Positions 1 through 13,404 of a DNA stretch of 64,000 nt are shown piece after piece. Numbering within the stretch: position 1 is the stretch's first letter; each line of letters opens with the position of its first letter. The stretch is from Octopus vulgaris. Its lineage: Eukaryota. Location: positions 54,188,001-54,252,000 of the forward strand of contig OX597825.1 in assembly GCA_951406725.2 (NCBI GenBank). The letters are read 5' to 3'. The notes under the pieces were generated by a model. That model saw only the letters and a list, made by a program, of their open reading frames with translations. It was not told where the DNA came from and did no database searches. The translations under genes and the position numbers were made by a program.

Positions 1-350
1 TAAGAAGCTTGCTTCGCAACCACATGGTTCGGGCTCAGTCCCACTGCGTGGAACCTTGAGCAAGTGTCTTCTACTTTAGCCCCGACCGACCAAAACATTG
101 TGAGTAGATTACATAGACGATACCTGAAAGTAGCCTATTGTATATATTTACATATATCTGTATGCTAGTCTTTGTGTGTGAATTTTTCCCTGACTGTCAC
201 TGTCGGTTTGTTTACATCCCTGTAACTTATCGGTCGGCCATAAGAAACTGATAAAAAGCAAAAAGTACTTGAGATCGATTTGTCCGACTAAATCCTTCAA
301 GGTGGTGCCCCAGCATGGCTTCAGTCTACTCGTTGAAACAAATAAAAGAT
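1..350 (+). mobile_element. tRNA-derived SINE, family A (CORE-like), 5' end cut by window edge
   Basis: ggttcgggctcagtcccactgcgtggaaccttgagcaagtgtcttctact ... ggtggtgccccagcatggc ... gaaacaaataaaaga; same layout recurs more than 10 times in the window; accttg(g/a)gcaagt resembles the CORE-SINE motif. Confidence 0.8.
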
Positions 351-372
351 ACATGTCTAGTGAGAATACATT

Positions 373-373
<1 letters not shown>

Positions 374-414
<41 letters not shown>

Positions 415-452
415 GAGGAGGAGGAGGAGGAGGAGGAGGAGGAGGAGGAGGA
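374..452 (+). repeat. compound microsatellite (AGT)n(GGA)n
   Basis: direct reading. Confidence 0.95.
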
Positions 453-949
453 AGGAACATGGGTGGGATACCGGTGGAGGTGGTAGCCTCAGGGGTATTG
501 GTGCGGGGGTGATGGTGGAGAATGGTTCTATGAGTGGTGATGGCGTTGCTGGTGCTGTTTGCAACAGTGTGATCATAGTTGTGGTTAATGCTATGGTTTA
601 TTATAGTGGTGATAATAGTAGGAAAAGCGACTCCAGTTGTGGTAGTGGAGATAGTTTTGGATGTGTTTCAGTAGTTGTGGGGTCTGTATAAGAGATAGTT
701 GTAGCGGTGAAACTAAATGTGGGACAGCATTGCTAAGAATTCTGACAAAAGCTCAGAATCTCCAAATGAACCGGAGTCAGCTAATGTGACCAATACTTTG
801 GGGCATTGTTCTCTCTACTCATATCTATGAATTAGTAGTGTGGTACCTGGTGTGGTACCTGCTAACAGTTAAATGGTTTGGAATTATTCAGCCTTTTGTT
901 TCTTGGCCTCGGATATGAAAAGACTTCTAATTCATCCTCCACCACACAA

Positions 950-1198
950 GCTTCTTCTTCTTAATCCTTTTTCCCCTTGTGGATCATAGGGCCTCAACTG
1001 TTGTTTCCCACTTTTTGCAGTCATTGGCGTGTTTCTTGGCTGCTTCCCATGTCAGGCCGGTGGTCCTCAGCTCGTCCAAAATGCTCCGCTTCCATGTCTG
1101 CTTCGGGCGTCCTCGCTTCCTTTTCGACTTCGTGTTCCACTCAAGTGCTTGTCGTGTCACATTTGAGGGTTCTTTCCGCAGTGTGTGTCCGATCTACC
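950..1198 (-). mobile_element. RTE-clade LINE, 5'-truncated 3' end with (AAG)n tail
   Basis: minus strand translates IGHTLRKEPSNVTRQALEWNTKSKRKRGRPKQTWKRSILDELRTTGLTWEAAKKHANDCKKWETTVEAL, a typical RTE ORF C-terminus, followed by taagaagaagaag. Confidence 0.85.
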
Positions 1199-1581
1199 TC
1201 ATAAGTTAGTCCTCAAAAAATTCCTTAAATACTTAGTTTGTCATCACACCATCCCGCACACACTAGCACTGTCCCCTTCCCGGCACCCACACCAGATCAC
1301 ACACTAGCACTGACCACTTCCCAGCACCTACACCATCATCTACACACCTACACATGTACACACACACGTCAATGTCAGCAGCCCCCTTCCACACGCAAGC
1401 ACACGCAAATACACGCTCTCACATACACACGCACGCGCACCTTCGTTTTGGGATCACCATCACTTTATTATCTTCCCTTCTTCCTAGTATTCCTGTATGA
1501 TCTCCCTGTCCGACATTCGCCATGATAGATCGCTAGCCACTATACCTTTTTCTATTTTCTCTCCCTGTTTATTTCTGTGTT

Positions 1582-1619
1582 CCTTTCTGTCGATAAGTGT
1601 AGGCTCGAAACGTAAAAGG
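1582..1619 (+). ncRNA. variant minimal type I hammerhead-like motif in a Penelope-like terminal fragment
   Basis: ccttt-CTGTCGA-taagtgtaggctc-GAAAC-GTA-aaagg: stem I ccttt/aaagg, CUGANGA box with one substitution, loopless palindromic ACGT stem III. Confidence 0.45.
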
Positions 1620-1713
1620 CTTTCTCACTTCTCACTTCGTTTATTCTCACTTTGTTTATTCTTTTCATACCCGTCTTCGTCTTTTGATTTTTTTGTTTTT
1701 GTAAATTCTCTCG

Positions 1714-1777
<64 letters not shown>

Positions 1778-1780
1778 TTA

Positions 1781-1819
<39 letters not shown>

Positions 1820-1824
<5 letters not shown>

Positions 1825-1974
1825 CGACAGGCTTCTTCCGGTTTCTCTCTACCAAATCCACTCACAAGGCTATAATCGACTCGAGGCTATGGTAGAAAAC
1901 ATTTACCCAAGGTGCGGCACTGGGACTGAACCTGGAACGATGTAGCTGAGAAGCAGACTTCTTACTATGCAGCC
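1820..1974 (-). mobile_element. SINE family A, 5' half
   Basis: reverse complement of family A head (ctgggactgaacctggaacga, ctaccaaatccactcacaagg). Confidence 0.75.
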
Positions 1975-3069
1975 GTTTACTTGTTATGCATAAGAAACGT
2001 ACATGGCACGTCCCTGTAGTAACAGATACACATTCACATATATACCATGTATTCCTCTAGTTAAGAACTATTTTCGACATGCAATGAAGAATTGTTTGCA
2101 TAGAATGCAGAATGGCGGTTTAAGCGTTACTTACTCTGCGATGTCCTATCTCTTACTCTAGCGCCATAGATTCTTGAAACTGGTCATGAGCAGGTGTTTA
2201 AGGTGGGTCTGCAATTATTGATAGTGTGTATTCTAACACAGTTTTCGTGGCTTGTGAAGCTATTTATGTAGCAGCGGTTTCTGAATGCACGTGTTTCTTA
2301 TACTTGTCGACAGTAAGTGGCAGAGATAGTTTTAGTCTGTCGCTGTTGTGCGCAGAACAATATGTGCCTAATTGTTTAGAAATGGTTGTACATACAAAGA
2401 CTTGAAGGTTGGTGATTGAAATTTCTTAGAGAAGCAAACTGTGATGCTCGCATTTCCAGGTAGTCTTTATTTTAAGTCTTCGATTTTTTCTTTGTCCTTT
2501 TTGGATCGTTGTCTATTGTTCTGCGCGCCTGGTTTGAGTGTCGTCTGTGAGTTTGGTCGCTGAGTGTGGTATGGACGAGACCTATTATAAACCATGAGGG
2601 TCTTTTACTTTGTGTCTGTTGTAGTTTAGTAACTGTTTTTGCTTTTGTTTTTTTTTAATTTTGGACTGATTTGGAGCTCAGACAGGACTAATAATAAATG
2701 AATCACTGAAGCATTTTTGTACACAATTTTTGCTTTGATTTTCGCGAGTAGGGAAATGTTTTGATTTTCACTGATCTAAGAATGTTCTGGGGACGGAGTA
2801 AACTATTGAACCAAGTACATATGTGAGCTGCTTTGTTTTCTTTAATATGTATTAATAAGTATGCTGAATATTAGAAAGAAGCTCTATGTGTCTGGTATGT
2901 TTTTTGTTGCTGAATGTGACGGCTGTGTTACTCTTTAATTTATTCCATTATATTATAACCCCAAACAGGAATTCATTTCATGCTTGTTGATCTCTTTGCT
3001 CAGACGCAACTGTATTTTCGCTAAAATTACAGAATATTATTTGCTTTATTACTATCAACACACAAGCAG

Positions 3070-3071
<2 letters not shown>

Positions 3072-3133
<62 letters not shown>

Positions 3134-3386
3134 ACACACACACACACTCATATACACACACGTACATACACACGCAAAAAAATACTCACATATGCATACA
3201 TTCGTGCCGTACAGTAACACATAGGCACACTTATATATACACATATATACACATACATTTCCACACTCACACAGACTATGAACGCATATATATATGTATG
3301 TTTGTTTGTATGTATTCGTGTATATGAGTGTATATCGTGTATGTATGCAAAAATGCATGTGTATATGTGTATGTATGTATATATGG

Positions 3387-3419
<33 letters not shown>

Positions 3420-3476
3420 TGTATGTATGTATGTATGTATGTATGTATGTATGTATGTATGTATGTGTGTATGTAC
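3072..3476. repeat. (CA)n and (TATG)n microsatellites
   Basis: direct reading. Confidence 0.95.
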
Positions 3477-4205
3477 ATGTACGCGCAGGGGGTTCTTATT
3501 ATATACCAATAAAAGAAATCATTATATACTGAAAATTCCAATATAGATAGTGCAACACAATATAGAATTCTATAATTTAGGAAGCCATATACAAGGGAGG
3601 AAGTTGTTAAATGAAGATAGCCTGTATTATATAATGAAAATTACTACACAGGCAGTTCGATATTGTATAGACTGCTGTAATATATATGAACTTATATAAT
3701 GTACGCAGTAACCATCATGTATAAATAACACTTTCTTAACAGCATTGAGAATGTCTTCTATAACATGGCTTGTATATGAAATTGTATAAGAGAAACAAAA
3801 GCAATGTAGTAGGTAGGTAAGCAACGTTTCCAACAATGACGGACTCATTCAACGTTTCTGCTCTATTCGCACTTACACGAGGGGGTTTACTTCTGATTTA
3901 AATGGGAAATGAATGAGCAAAATTGTATAAAACCTAATTTTCAATGTACAAATAAGTTTAACAAATGTTATAAAGGCTTTGTATATTCGTTTCAATTCTA
4001 CAGAATTTTACTTGGAAGTCATATTAAAAGGGTTTTATATGAATTATACAGGGATATTTACAAATATCAAGTTTGCATTACAAATATTTAGGGGACGTTC
4101 TTAAAACTTCATTTGTACGTAAATATTAAAAATACAATCTTTGCAAAATAACCAATAACTAATACAAATAATAATAACAATAATAATAACAACTACAATA
4201 ATAAT

Positions 4206-4884
4206 CTTTTCTACTGGAGGCACAAGGCCTGAAATTTGTGAGGAGGGGAATTGTCGATTACATCGATCCCAGTGCATAACTGGAACTTATTTAATCGACT
4301 CCAAAAGGATGAAAGGCAAAGTCGACCTTGGCGGAATTTTAACTCAGAACGTAGCGGCAGACAAAATACCGCTAAGCATTTTGCCCAGGCTACCAGCTCG
4401 CTGCCTTAATAATAAAATAATAACAATGCTTTCAAACTTTGCCACAAGGGTAGCAATGTGGGAGGAGCGGATGAGTCGATTACATCGACCCAAGTCTTCA
4501 ACTGGTACTTACATTTTATTGACCCCTCGAAAGGATGAATGACAAATTCCTTGGCGGAATTTGAACTCAGAACCTACCGACGGGCGAAATACCGCAAAGC
4601 ATTTCGTCTTGTGGGCTAAACTGCAAGCTCACTGCCATAATACTAAAAATAGTAATGATAGTAATAATAATAATTTCTACTACAGGCACAAGGCTTGAAT
4701 CTTTGGAGATCGAGATTAATCGATTACATCGAACTCAACATAGAACTGATATTTGATTTATCACTCCCGAAGGGTTGAAAGACAATGGCGACCGCGGTGG
4801 AGTTTCAACTGAGAACGTAAAGACGAACGAACTAACGCTAAGTATGTCGTCCAGCGCGCAAATAATTCTGCAAGCTCGATACCT
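4206..4884 (-). mobile_element. tandem array of three SINE family B copies (about 4206-4408, 4428-4637, 4675-4884) separated by (TAA)n
   Basis: each carries variants of ggatgaaaggcaaagtcgacc..ggcggaatttgaactcagaacg..aaataccgctaagcatt..agctcgc. Confidence 0.85.
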
Positions 4885-4902
4885 GAGTAATAATAATAAT
4901 AA

Positions 4903-5605
4903 CGAAAGCATTTGATAATGTCCCACATAACTGCCTTCTCAAGGACCTTGAGACCCATAAGGTCGCTCCTGTAGTCTGCAAATACTTATAAGGTGGCATG
5001 GCCAAGTGGAATACACGTCTCCTTCTAAACCATAGTAATGGGATTGGCCAATCTAACAACATAAACATCAAACGAAGCATCTTTCAAGGTAACTCACTTC
5101 CCCATTACTTTTGTGCATGGCACTGATCCCACTGTCAAACGAGCTGAATAACACCAGGTATGGGTTCAAAATGTATAATATTATAGTAAATCAACTGTTT
5201 TATATGGTCGATCTGTAGCTGTTTGATAGAAATGACGAAGTGCTAGTAGGGCTGTTAAACTATTAAAGAGTTCAGCAATGACATCCGGATGGATTTTGGC
5301 CTTGATAAGTGTGCTAAAGCAATTTTTGTAATATGAAAGCTCAAGGAAACAGCTTACATTAAATTATATACCGAAACTACCATCAAGGAGCTTGGCACAC
5401 AAGAAAGCTATAAATACCTGGGTATAAACGAAGGAGTTGGTATACAACATGCTACTACGGAGGTAAAAATACGAGGTGTATTACAAATGAATACAACTCA
5501 TTCTAAAAATTGAACTCAACTCCAAATGTCGGGTGAAGCCATTAACACACTGGCACTTCCAGTAGTTCAATACAGTTTTAATATCATTAACTGGAATCTT
5601 ACAGG
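4903..5605 (+). mobile_element. R4/Dong-clade LINE reverse transcriptase fragment (decayed)
   Basis: KAFDNVPHNCLLK..NIKRSIFQGNSL..CMALIPLSNELN..LFYMVDL..FSNDIRMDFGLDKCAK..SYKYLGINE, with stops and frameshifts; starts directly after (TAA)n. Confidence 0.85.
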
Positions 5606-6185
5606 ACTCCATGCAGCAGCATCAACTTTCTCGTCCTTCTATCCAGTGTTGATATTTCCTCCTTAGTCCATTTGAGGATGGACGCACTATATCTGGGGAC
5701 CGCAACTGCCTAGATATTCATTGCGTAATAAAATTGTTTGCATTCAGGTTGGATTTCAACTCTATATTTACCCTGTTTTGATACGCCTCGCTGACCTTGA
5801 CCTTTATTTCTCTGTGTAGAATGTTATCCAGTTCTAAACTCCCTAAATATCTATACCCACTACCGTTTGATTCACCCATGGTGTCTCTTGATGGTAACCG
5901 CAATCCTCCGTTGGGTTCACCCATGGTCTCTCTTGAGGGTAATCTCAATCCTCCGCAGGCTTTCTTCTATCTTTTCATATTAAGTACTGAGCATTTGGTA
6001 ATCCCAAATTCCATAACCATGGCCCCACCACACTTCTGCACTAGGTTAAAGAATCTGTTTTTCAGATTTCTCAAACAATTTCAGGTCATCCTTGAACAGA
6101 AGGCAGTTCAATGATGGGCCTGTCTTCCCACATCGATAATCCCTCGTAACTTTCCTAAGTGTCCTTGCCATGGGTATTAGTGCAT
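5605..6185 (-). mobile_element. second R4/Dong-type RT fragment, diverged subfamily, inverted
   Basis: ALIPMARTLRKV..LNCLLFKDDLKLF..GYRYLGSLELDNILHREIK..AVAVPRYSASILKWTKEEISTLDRRTRKLM; internal ~45 bp tandem duplication at about 5868-5956. Confidence 0.8.
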
Positions 6186-6199
6186 CAAAACCCTGATCA

Positions 6200-6372
6200 T
6201 TGACGCACAAGACAAGGCACTTGCTACCAAGCCAGGAAAGTATAACATCTATAAAACTTCTGACACCCAAAAATGCAGACTCTGTGGAAAGAGTGTGAAA
6301 AATGTGACCCACTTGCTAAGTGGATGTGTGAGCCTTGCACAAAACTATATGCAAGCGTCGCCACAATAAGGT
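6200..6372 (+). mobile_element. R4/Dong-type C-terminal CCHC zinc-knuckle fragment
   Basis: AQDKALATK..SDTQKCRLCGKSVKNVTHLLSGCVSLAQ..RRHNKV. Confidence 0.75.
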
Positions 6373-6486
6373 CGATTACCTTTCCCCCAGTACTTTATAG
6401 TAATTATTTCATAGACACCGAAAGGATGAAATGCACAGATGACATCAGTGAAGTTTGAACTCTGAACGTAAAGACAGACGAAATAC
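6372..6486 (-). mobile_element. SINE family B fragment
   Basis: gaaaggatgaaatgcacagatgac..gaagtttgaactctgaacgtaaagacagacgaaatac. Confidence 0.65.
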
Positions 6487-6679
6487 TTTCTTTTTGCATT
6501 AATTTCCAATTAATTTCCTTCTAGACATGTTCAGGTAGCGAATATAGGGTCTGTAACACAAAGAAGAATACTATGGGCTTTTTTTTTTTTTTTACATCTC
6601 TTACCATGCGAAGTTTCTAAGTTGTAAATGTGCAAAATGTTACATATATACACTGAGAGTCGAGACATATGTTTCAGTT

Positions 6680-6834
<155 letters not shown>

Positions 6835-8522
6835 ATGTGCTAAGCTTCATTAGACTCGGAATATTTTCGAAAGACTAATATACATTGGAACTCATTTCAT
6901 TTTATGCTTAAATTGATACGTATCAGATATAGACTGAGTTAGTATAATTTTGCCACTATTTAAGTATATTCCTTCTTTGGAAATTTCGTGCTGTCTTTGA
7001 CTGAAATTATGTTTAAAAATCTATCGAGGATCTTATTTTGAAGCTGAAAATTTCGAAGAAAAATGTCTGTATGAAAGAAAAAAAAAATGATAAAAATATA
7101 AAGGAAGTACTAAAAAAAAATAGCTACCTCGGAAAACCAATTTTCTATAAATATTCTGATTTCTTTATGAATGGTCCATTTACGAGGCGGTTTGTCTTTA
7201 AGTTGAATAGTTGAAGAATTGATAAATTCTTGAAAATGTTATGTTATTGCATGATGATGGTGATGCTATGTTTAAGGAAGTCCTAAATAGTTTTACTCGT
7301 GATAATATAAAATGTCGTGTAATTGGTTTGGTAGTGGAATTGGGTAGGTAGGAAATGATGTCGTGTTACTTGATAGCTTGAACATAATATATGGGAAGAG
7401 AAATGACGTTTGGGAATGTAATAGTTGAAGTAAAATGATATTTGGGAATATAAACGTAAAGTGTGAATTAACTGGTAAACACTTTGACGAGCGACTCACA
7501 TTTAAATATCAACCAGAAAAATGTTTTCTTTTAAAGCGTAATAATGAATTTAGTATCTCTCTTTCTCTCTCTCTCTCTGCCTTCTCTCTTCTCTCTCTCT
7601 CTCTCTTTCTCTTTAATATCAGGTATACTTAATGGATGGGGCATCAGCATGAATTATATTCATATACATTAAAATAGCAGACATTCGATAAAACAACAAA
7701 AACAAAAATAACTACACACTCTTTAAGGAGGAAATATATTGTGAAAATCAGAGAAGCGAGACTATTTGGAAGGTTTTGAGTTTCGTATTGGCACCAACTT
7801 CACAAGAATTCTCATGGGTCTGCGACCGATATTTGATTCTAAAATTTTGTATTGCTACACTATTCACAATAATTCTTATTTCGTTTTAAAGCCAAGGTAA
7901 AATATGTAATATTAAACGACTTACATGAATTTATTATGTTCACTTGTTAGTTTTTATAAAACAAATAGACTAGTTTAGTCTGTCTTGGCAGTAAAAGTGC
8001 GCATATAGTGTTGCTTTGCTTAAAACACTACGCAAGGTCGAAGAGTTGACTGATGAACCAACAAAACATTAAGGGTTATAGACGTAGTTGGCTGCATTAA
8101 TGAAATGATAGTCTACTATCAACGAGTCAGCAGTTTGCATTTTATGAAACAGATCTTCGTTGAGGTCCTTGCCAGTATATACAAATACATATACATATAT
8201 ATACATGTAAACATAGATACATACAAACACACGTAGACACACTAACGCACGTACACACACACACACACACACACATATTATATAAATAAGAGTGTATGTA
8301 GTTATGTGTGTGAGTTTAGCCCTGAAATGATGTGAACCGGTACTCGTGAAAACAAATTTGATTTTCGAAGGCTCCGTCCGAAAGAGGTGTTCCGTAAATA
8401 ATAATGAAAACATAATTTGCTACGAGAGATAACTCAACTTTTAAATCAACACATCTTCCGCTCTCTATCTGCCACCATCAGTTATATATATATTTACCAT
8501 ACTTTTTATCACACTCTCTCTA

Positions 8523-8583
<61 letters not shown>

Positions 8584-9864
8584 TTCTCCTCCTTCCCCCT
8601 GTATAGATATTAGTATTATATCTCCGGTACTGCTTTCATTCTGTTTTAAGTTTCGAATTGTTCACTTTAATTTTATTATACGCAGCTACGAAAACAAAAT
8701 GCTAGCTTCCAAATCTTGTTTTCTGATTGGGTAATAATGTTCGAACTTTAAACCTCTGGAACTTAAAAAAAAAAAAAAATTGTGGAATAATTGAATCACA
8801 AAATCAAATTCAGGTTGAAAAAGTACATCAATATTTCAAATTTTGAAATTTTCACTTACTTTTAGAATTAAAAATCTCTGAGAGCATCAGGGAAAATCCT
8901 TCTGTTTTCCCCCTCTATTTGTCTAGCTCTTTCATTTATCGACTTTTCCGTTGTAAACTTTCCCCATCTCTATATATAATTACCACACTCTCACACTCTG
9001 TAAATGCATATTGCTCACCATGATTATGTATGTATGTGCGTATGTGTGTGTATGTGTTTATATGCATGTGTGTACAAGAATTTTATTACAACAACAATGA
9101 ATTTAGAAAAGTATATAAAAGATAATATATTTTTATAGAATGCTTCTCAGTTAGTAAATATGTTTTTTTACACACATATAATTTGCTTGATGCGGTGTGG
9201 GGGCTAAAATTGAAATTAAAAATACTTTTTGTTGTTATTGCTTAACATATAGTATGTAATTGGTATATTCCTTATCACTTTTAAATTTACCATAACTAAG
9301 CACCAACTTTCACACGGGATCCCGAATGGCCTCCGCAGATAACTGTGGAGGTCATAACGTTGCCCGTGATGCGTAGGCTAGAGGGACTCAAGGAGGAATA
9401 TCTCTTGTGGCCGGCCGACGCCGACTCGGAACCCGCCTTGGTCTTGAATGAGGTGTGGGTGATGGCGGAGTATCAAGCGATGTTGGGGAGGAATAGTGAC
9501 TAGAGGTTGAAAAGCCTCAGTGTTTTATAATGTTTATTGTATGTTATTGTGTGTAAGAGGCTTAGCGTTCCAATTTCTTAACGGACTGTTAAGTCCTATA
9601 ATTGTAAGAACTGAAGTAAGAGGTTCAATACCTCGTTTATTTTTCTGTGTAAAAACAAAAAGAGAATAATGTTTTAGAGAAGCAAAATATCGGTGGGTGT
9701 TTTTTTTTTTTGTTGTCTTCTCCCATTAATATCATCCTTCTTTCATCATTCACCTCATCAATATATATATATACAGACACACAAACAGACAGACGTACAG
9801 TCAGTCAGATAGACAGAGAGACAGATAGATGAATAAATTCCTTTGTTTGTATGGGTATTTGTGT

Positions 9865-10068
9865 GTCTATGTTGTCTCCCTTTTTTCCAGTATGGCAACC
9901 GGTTTCAGTTAGTTTGTGTCTCACTAATCTAGTGTTTAGGCAAAAGAGAATTATAAAATAAGTACCAGACCTTGAAAAGTAGTGCAATGGTCGATTTGTT
10001 CAACTAAAACCTTTCGAGGTCGGACAGCAGCACGGACTCAGTCCAGTGAATGAAACGAGTAAAAGAAC
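9865..10068 (+). mobile_element. SINE family A, degenerate 3' half
   Basis: aaaataagtaccagacc..ggtcgatttgttcaactaaaacc..cagcacgg..gaaacgagtaaaaga. Confidence 0.6.
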
Positions 10069-10071
10069 AAA

Positions 10072-10287
<216 letters not shown>

Positions 10288-10904
10288 TACGTGTCACTTG
10301 TGAACTAATCGAATTCCTGTTTAGTAAACTCTTAAATGCTTGTTTTTCATTGATGAATCATTGAACTAAGTTAACTGGTAGAAGCAAGAGAATTTTCAAA
10401 AGAAGAAAAAAGAATGTCGTGAACTCAAGATCGTCACAAGAAAATAAATTATTATAAAAACGAAAAACATTTGTTGTCTTTTCGTGACTAGATCTGTCGG
10501 GGTATGACAGAACATAAAATTGAAGTAATCAATGAGATCAATTTCTTAACAGACAATACTGAAAGAATATCATACAGATTGAAATGAAATTCAGAACTTC
10601 CATGAATAATAAACACTAAATATAGACATAATTATGTCGAAAGCACACAAAATATAATCTTTAAATCATTGATGGAAATATTTTCTGTTAATTCTTGAAA
10701 GGAAATCAACATCCGTTAGGACCTCTTTGATAAACGCTTGAATAGAAGGATATACGTCTTTGACCTACTTTATATTTTGAAAGTTGTAACATATAAATCT
10801 AAGATAAACGATTTCACTTCTAATAAGAGAAGGGGTAAAAAAAAATAATCTACATTTCCCATTTCTAATAAATATCATTAAATGATAATAATTTTTAGCA
10901 TTAC

Positions 10905-11296
10905 ATCTTTTAATTGTTACAGTCAATATACTGCAACCTTGCCAGGGCACCGCTTTGAAGACTTTTAGTAGAAGAAATCGTCCCCGTGCATTGTATTTTT
11001 TAATCCTGGTAATCGTTTTAACAGCCTCTCTAACCAAACCACTACGTTACGAGGACGTAAGCACACCAACACTGGTTGTCAAGCAGTGATGAGGGACAAA
11101 TTCTGACAAATACACACACACACACACACTCATATATACGACGGGCTTCTTTCCGTTTCTTTCTTCCCGATTCACTCACAAGACTTTGGTGAGTCCGAAG
11201 CCATAGTAGAAGACACTAGCTTTAGGTACCACGTAGTGGTACTGAACCTGAAACCTTGTGGTCGGGAAGCAAATTTCTTACTACATAGCAACGCCT
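10905..11296 (-). mobile_element. SINE family A
   Basis: cacaccaacactggttgtcaagc..atacgacgggcttctt..actgaacctgaaaccttgtggt. Confidence 0.75.
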
Positions 11297-11317
11297 GCAT
11301 ATGTGTGTGTATGTTTA

Positions 11318-11723
11318 CTCTTTTACTCTTTTACTTGTTTCAGTCATTTGACTGCGGCCATGCTGGAGCACCGCCTTTAATCGAGCAACTCGACCCCGAG
11401 ACTTATTCTTTTGTAAGCCCAGTACTTATTCTATCGGTCTCTTTTGCCGAACCGCTAAGTAACGGGGACATAAACAAACCAGCATCGGTTGTCAAGCAAT
11501 GCTAGGGGAACAAACACAGACGCACAAACACACACACGCATATATATATATACATATATACGACGGGCTTCTTTCAGTTTCCGTCTACCAAATACACTCA
11601 CAAGGATTTGGTCGGCCCGAGGCTATAGTAGAAGACACTTACCCAAGATGCCACGCAGTGGGACTGAACCCGGAACCATGTGGTTGGTAAACAAGCTACT
11701 TACCACACAGCCACTCCTGCGCC
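11318..11723 (-). mobile_element. SINE family A, near full length, little diverged
   Basis: ttttacttgtttcagtcatttgactgcggccatgctggagcaccgcc..gggactgaacccggaaccatgtggttggtaaacaagctacttaccacacagccactcctgcgcc. Confidence 0.9.
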
Positions 11724-12343
11724 TATAACTATTTCTTCCCAAAATCTTTTAAATTCACTAAGATCCCTCCAATTCCATTTTCTACACCAGAAATACTTAG
11801 AAAAATATGTTTCCATAATATGACACCAAGCATTTAAATTTAACAAAAAAGCGTTCTTTGTATTATTGTTATTATTATGAGTCTTAGAAATAAGTCACTT
11901 TGATATAAATTGTACAATCCCAAGTTGACTTGGTAAGTCGATACGTTGATGTTGAGCTGGAATATTTATATAGAATGGTTCCTGGGAAAGTGGTAAGGTA
12001 ATTACAGACAGATATATTTCTGGGGGAATGCAATGATCAAAAGAGTTGTTCAATAAGGGATTCAAACATAAATTCACGCAACATAGAAATGCATTTGGTG
12101 CATTTGGTGCATTTAGCTAAGTGCAGCGCGCATAATTTGCAAGTCGTGACGAGCAAAAACATTTTACTTACAGGAGATGCGTCAGATGAATGGCGTATCG
12201 GGGATATGGTGAATGGTGTGGGAAATTTGGTGAGTGATCTAGCTTGGAGAATAAAGTAATTCTGAATGTCTTTCATCTTTTATTCTTAACTTGTTTTAGT
12301 CATTGGCTTGTGGCCATGCTGAGGCACGTCCTTGAAGAGGATA

Positions 12344-13209
12344 TAGAGAGTGCAATGGGTAAATTGTTGTCAAATTGGTTTTAATTGTGCACATGCGCTT
12401 CGTTTGTTTTTTTAATTGTTTCTACTACACAGTATAGTAGGGTCAGTTGGGCACCATCTTTGAAAAAACTAGCACCATGACGTAATTCATTCAGCCAGAA
12501 ATTTGGAAACGACATACTATACTGCTTGGCATCCGCGCAAAAAGCTCCAATACGATAATTTCAGAGTGTCTGGGTATCAAACTGAGCACAGTGCATGTAA
12601 CGAGGGTGATAAAAATCAAACATCCCGTCAACATCATGGGGTTTGGAGTGATCACTAGCGATGGTGTTGATACTCCTCCATTCATCTTCCCACTTGGCCT
12701 TATGCTCAACATGGAGTCCTGCATCATGTGCCTAAAGGAAGTAGTACTACTCTGGGTCAAGAGGGTGGCTGCTGGAAGACACTAAGTCAGGCAACAGGAC
12801 TCTGCACCATGCCTCACAAGAAGGAGAACCCAGTCATGACTGTCAGACAATCACTTCTAACATCTGTCAACCTAACTCTCCAGACTGCAACCCTCTTGAT
12901 TATTATGTGTGGGATGCAGATGAGAGAGAGAGAGATCATCAAAACTCCTTGCGACGCTAAAGACGAACTGAAGGAAAGGATTATGGCAACATTCACCAAC
13001 TTAAACAAGGAGGCCGTCCAGAAGAGTTCCTGGAGATTCCGAAGTCGTCAGGAGGTCGTGAATGAACCCAATGATTTTATTGAAAAATTTTACTCATTAG
13101 CATTTCAAGATATTTTTATGTAACTTTGGTAAATATATCTGTTAAAACCAGATGTCGGTGTTATATTCATTCTTGCGTTATTTTGACGACAATATATTCA
13201 CCGAAGCCT

Positions 13210-13212
<3 letters not shown>
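12344..13212 (+). mobile_element. Tc1/mariner (maT/DD37D-like) DNA transposon remnant with TIRs and internal deletion
   Basis: KHPVNIMGFGVITSDG..PPFIFP..LKEVVLLWVKRVAAGR..QQDSAPC..NSPDCNPLDYYVW..ELKERIMATFTNLNKE; imperfect TIRs tagagagtgcaatgggtaaattgttgtcaaa / tttgacgacaatatattcaccgaagcctgta, TA at both ends. Confidence 0.85.
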
Positions 13213-13283
<71 letters not shown>

Positions 13284-13327
13284 ATACACACACACACACA
13301 CAAACAAACGCACACACACTCACACAA

Positions 13328-13401
<74 letters not shown>

Positions 13402-13404
13402 TGC

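Noticed and set aside
715-780. GTALLRILTKAQNL resembling an R4 C-terminus
   Set aside because: Too short to support
2050-2950. Possible LINE endonuclease remnant on the minus strand (LPGNASITVCFS)
   Set aside because: Single weak motif; no sustained frame can be supported by eye
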